Assembly: GCF_009914755.1 (NCBI RefSeq)
Contig: NC_060927.1
Source: the human T2T-CHM13v2.0 reference genome, Homo sapiens
Length of the DNA stretch: 64,000 bases
Direction: 5' to 3' (one strand)
The position numbers and the translations under genes were made by a program. The notes under the pieces are model-generated. The model had not been told where the DNA came from. It did no database searches and saw only the letters and a program-made list of their open reading frames with translations. Numbering within the stretch: position 1 is the first letter of the stretch; each line of letters begins with the position of its first letter. Of this stretch, positions 60,896 to 64,000 are shown in pieces.

Positions 60896-61761
60896 GGAGT
60901 CTTTTCCTCATTGCTTGTTTTTGTTGGTTTTGTTGAAGTTCAGATGGTTGTAGGTGTGTGGCCTTATTTCTGGGCTCTCTGTTCTGTTCCATTAATCTAC
61001 GGGTCTGTTTTTGTACCAGTACCATGCTATTTTGGTTACCATAGTGCTGTAATATAGTTTGAAGCTGGGTAATGTGATGCTTCCAGCTTTGCTTTTTTTT
61101 AGTTAGGATTGCCCTGGCTATTGGGGCTCTTTTTTTGGTTCCATGTGAATTTTAAAATAGTTTTTATTTTTTTCAGTTCTGTGAAGAATGTCATGGTAGT
61201 TTGACAGGAATAGCATTGAATCTGTAAATTCCTTTGGGCAGTATAGCCATTTTAATGATATTGATTCTTCCTATCCGTGATCATGGGATGTTTTTCTGTT
61301 TATTTGTGTCTTCCATGATTTCTTTGAGCAGTGTTTTGTAATTCTTATGATAGAGGTCCTTCACCTTTCTGCTTAGCTGTATTCCTAGGTATTTTATTCT
61401 TTTTGTGGCAGTTGTGAATGGGATTGCATTCCTGATTTGGCTCTTGGCTTGGCTGTTGTTGGTGTATAGGAATGCCAGTTATTTTTGTGCATTAATTTTG
61501 TATCCTGAATCTTTGCTGAAGTTGTTTACTAGCTGAAGGAGCTTTTGGGCTGAGACTATGGAGTTTTCTAGACATAGAATCATGTTGTCTGTCTGCAAAC
61601 AGAGATAGTTTGACATATTCTCTTATTATTTGGATGACCTTTATTTCTTTCTTCTGCCTGATTACTCTGGTTAGGACTTCCAATACTGTGTTGAATAGGA
61701 GTGGTGAGAGAGGGCATTCTTGTCTCATGCTGGTTTTCACAGGGAATGCTTCCAGCTTTTG

Positions 61762-62054
61762 CCTATTGAGTATGATATTGGCTATGGGTTTATGACTTTT
61801 TTTCAATATCTAGTTTATTGGGAGTTTTTAACATGAAAGTGTGTTAAATTTTACCAAAAGCCTTTCTGCATCTGTTGAAATAATCATGTGGTTTTTGTCT
61901 GTAGTTCCCCATTGAGTATGATATTGGCTATGGGTTTATGACTTTTTTTCAATATCTAGTTTATTGGGAGTTTTTAACATGAAAGTGTGTTAAATTTTAC
62001 CAAAAGCCTTTTCTGCATCTATTGAAATAATCACGTGTTTTTTGTCTGTAGTTC
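61762..62054. repeat. 146/147-bp tandem duplication within L1
   Basis: copies 61762-61907 and 61908-62054, about 5 differences. Confidence 0.93.
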
Positions 62055-63090
62055 TGTTTATGCGATGAATCACATTTACTTGCATATGTTGAACTAACCT
62101 TGATTTGCATGTATTGAACCAGCCTTCATCCCAGGGATGAAGCCTACTTGATCATGGTGAATTAGCTTTTTGTGCTGCTGGATTTGGTTTGCAAATATTT
62201 TGTTGAGGATTTTTGCATCAATGTTCATCAATGATATTGGCCTGAAGTTTTTTGTTGTTATTGTGTCCCTGCTAGGTTTTGGGATCAAGATGATGCTGAC
62301 CTCATAGAATGAACTGGGGAAGAGTCCCTCCCCATCAGTTTTTTGGAATAGTTTCTGCAGGAATGGTACCAGCTCTTCTTTGTACATCTGGTTGAATTCA
62401 GCTGTGAATCCATCATGTCCTGGGCTTTTTTGTTGGTGTTGAGCTATTTATTACTGATTCAGTTTTGGAGCTTGTTATTGGTCTGTTTATGGAATCAGTT
62501 TCTTTCTGGTTTAGTCTTGGGAGGGTGTGTGCATCCAGGACTTTATCCATCTCTTCTAGGTTTTCTAGTTAGTTTGTGTAGAGGTGTTTTTAGTAGTTTG
62601 TGATGGTTATTTTTATTTCTGTGGGGTCAGTGGTAACATTCCCATTATCATTTCTATTTATTCGGATCTTCCTTCTTTTCTTCATTAGTCAAGCTAGCAG
62701 CCTATACAGCTATTAATTTTTTCAAAAAATAAATTCCTCAGTTCATTGATCATTTGAATTTTTTTTTGTGTATCTTCATTTCCTTGAGTTCAGCTCTGAT
62801 TTTTGTTATTTTTCATCTTCTGCTAGCTTTGAGGTTGATTTTTTCTTGCTTCTCTAATTCTTTCGGTTGTAGTGTTAAGTTGTTAATCTGAGATCTTTCT
62901 AACTTTGTGATGTCAGCTAATTTGTAATACTTGTCTTTCAAAGCAAATCCAAAATTATGTAAATATTTCTGTTGAAAAAATAACTAGAAAATTTTTGCTT
63001 ATTCAAGCTCTATACTTTAAAAATTTAACACGTAGGTTTAACATGCACTAAAATTTTAATATTCTTAACAAGTTATAATAGTTTTCCAGG

Positions 63091-63397
63091 TTTCTTTTTT
63101 TTTTTTCTTTTTGAAACAAGGTCTCACTCTGTCACCCAGGCTGGAGTGCAGTGACATGATCATGGCTCACTGCAGCCTCAACTTCTCAGGCTCAAGCAAT
63201 CCTCCAGCCTCAGCCTCCCTAGTATCTGGGATCGCAGGTGTGTGTCACCACACCCATGTTTTTATTTTTTATTTTTTTGTAGAAATGAGGTCTCACTGTG
63301 TTGCCCAGGCTGTACTCGAACTTCTGAGCTCAAATGATCTTTCCACCTCTGCCTCCCAAAGTGTTGGGATTACAGGCATGAACCACTGCACCTGGCT
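63091..63397 (-). mobile_element. AluJ-like
   Basis: antisense Alu; flanks ttttccag. Confidence 0.88.
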
Positions 63398-64000
63398 ATT
63401 TTCCAGATTTCTTAAGTGTGCAAATATTAGAATTTCTATAGTCTACATAATTTTTAACAACAACAGCATATAATGCTGGAAACACTTCCAAAGTTTTGTT
63501 TTTAAAGAGCTCTCTCCATAGCATAAATATCTTTCAAGAAGTATTTTCTTATTTTTTTGTTAGATTCAATTTTTTTATGGTGTGTCACATTTTAGTGTCA
63601 GTTAATTATCATTAGTAAAATCCAGCATATTTAAATCACTTGATTTTTTTTTGTAAGAGAAAATGAATAACTCATGTGTAAGTTTGCCAACTATATTAAG
63701 GACTCTATTACAATATTACCTGCCATCCTCTGTGTGATTATTTCATTGAATGTTGTGGTACACTCTCCACAGCCCTTCAGGACTATGTTGATGGCTGAAG
63801 TCTCTCAGTTGCTTCATTTTCTAGGTATTGCACTCAGGGAAAGAAAGCTGTCTCACCCAAAGTCACACTGCTTCCCAGAAGGCAGCTCTCCTCCAAAGAC
63901 CAGCCTATGGTAAATTTAAAGGCTTGAATCCTCTTACGCTGTTGGTGGAAATGTAAATTTGTAAATTTATAGACAACAGTGTGGAGACTCCTCAAAAAAC

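Larger units (their letters stand above)
59255..62920 (-). mobile_element. 5'-truncated old primate L1 (L1PA15/16-like) with ORF2 remnants
   Basis: ORF track gives RT fragments ([18 protein letters not shown]; [12 protein letters not shown]; [19 protein letters not shown]); flanks ttgtaatactt at 59230 and 62922. Confidence 0.92.

Noticed and set aside
59923-62387. Reverse-transcriptase-like ORFs as an active element or new gene
   Set aside because: Fragmented, frameshifted L1 ORF2, interrupted by an LTR and 5'-truncated

Overview
Human (or very close primate) genomic DNA holding two convergent genes. The + strand carries the last five coding exons (bromodomain region) and 3' UTR of KAT2B/PCAF (377-~8470). 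The - strand carries the complete SGO1 (shugoshin 1) gene: CpG-island promoter ~39780-40450, ATG 38013, proximal stop 24690 (527 aa) and an alternative distal last exon with stop at 15091 (561 aa). All coding exon borders were checked by GT/AG sites and frame continuity. The rest is repeat-rich: about 29 Alus, old L1/L2/MIR, solo LTRs, Tigger/hAT/piggyBac MITEs and a Y4 RNA retropseudogene. Repeat family names are recalled consensus matches, not a RepeatMasker run. I see no new multi-gene system. The most unusual structures are (1) a 142-bp near-perfect non-Alu inverted repeat at 52853-53594, (2) a polyadenylated, TSD-flanked ~1.5-kb orphan retro-insertion splitting an L1 at 46287-48093, (3) an SGO1 C-terminal exon that appears exonised from an antisense L1, (4) a stop-free in-frame 81-nt SGO1 intron, and (5) inverted Alus bracketing the 807-nt SGO1 cassette exon.
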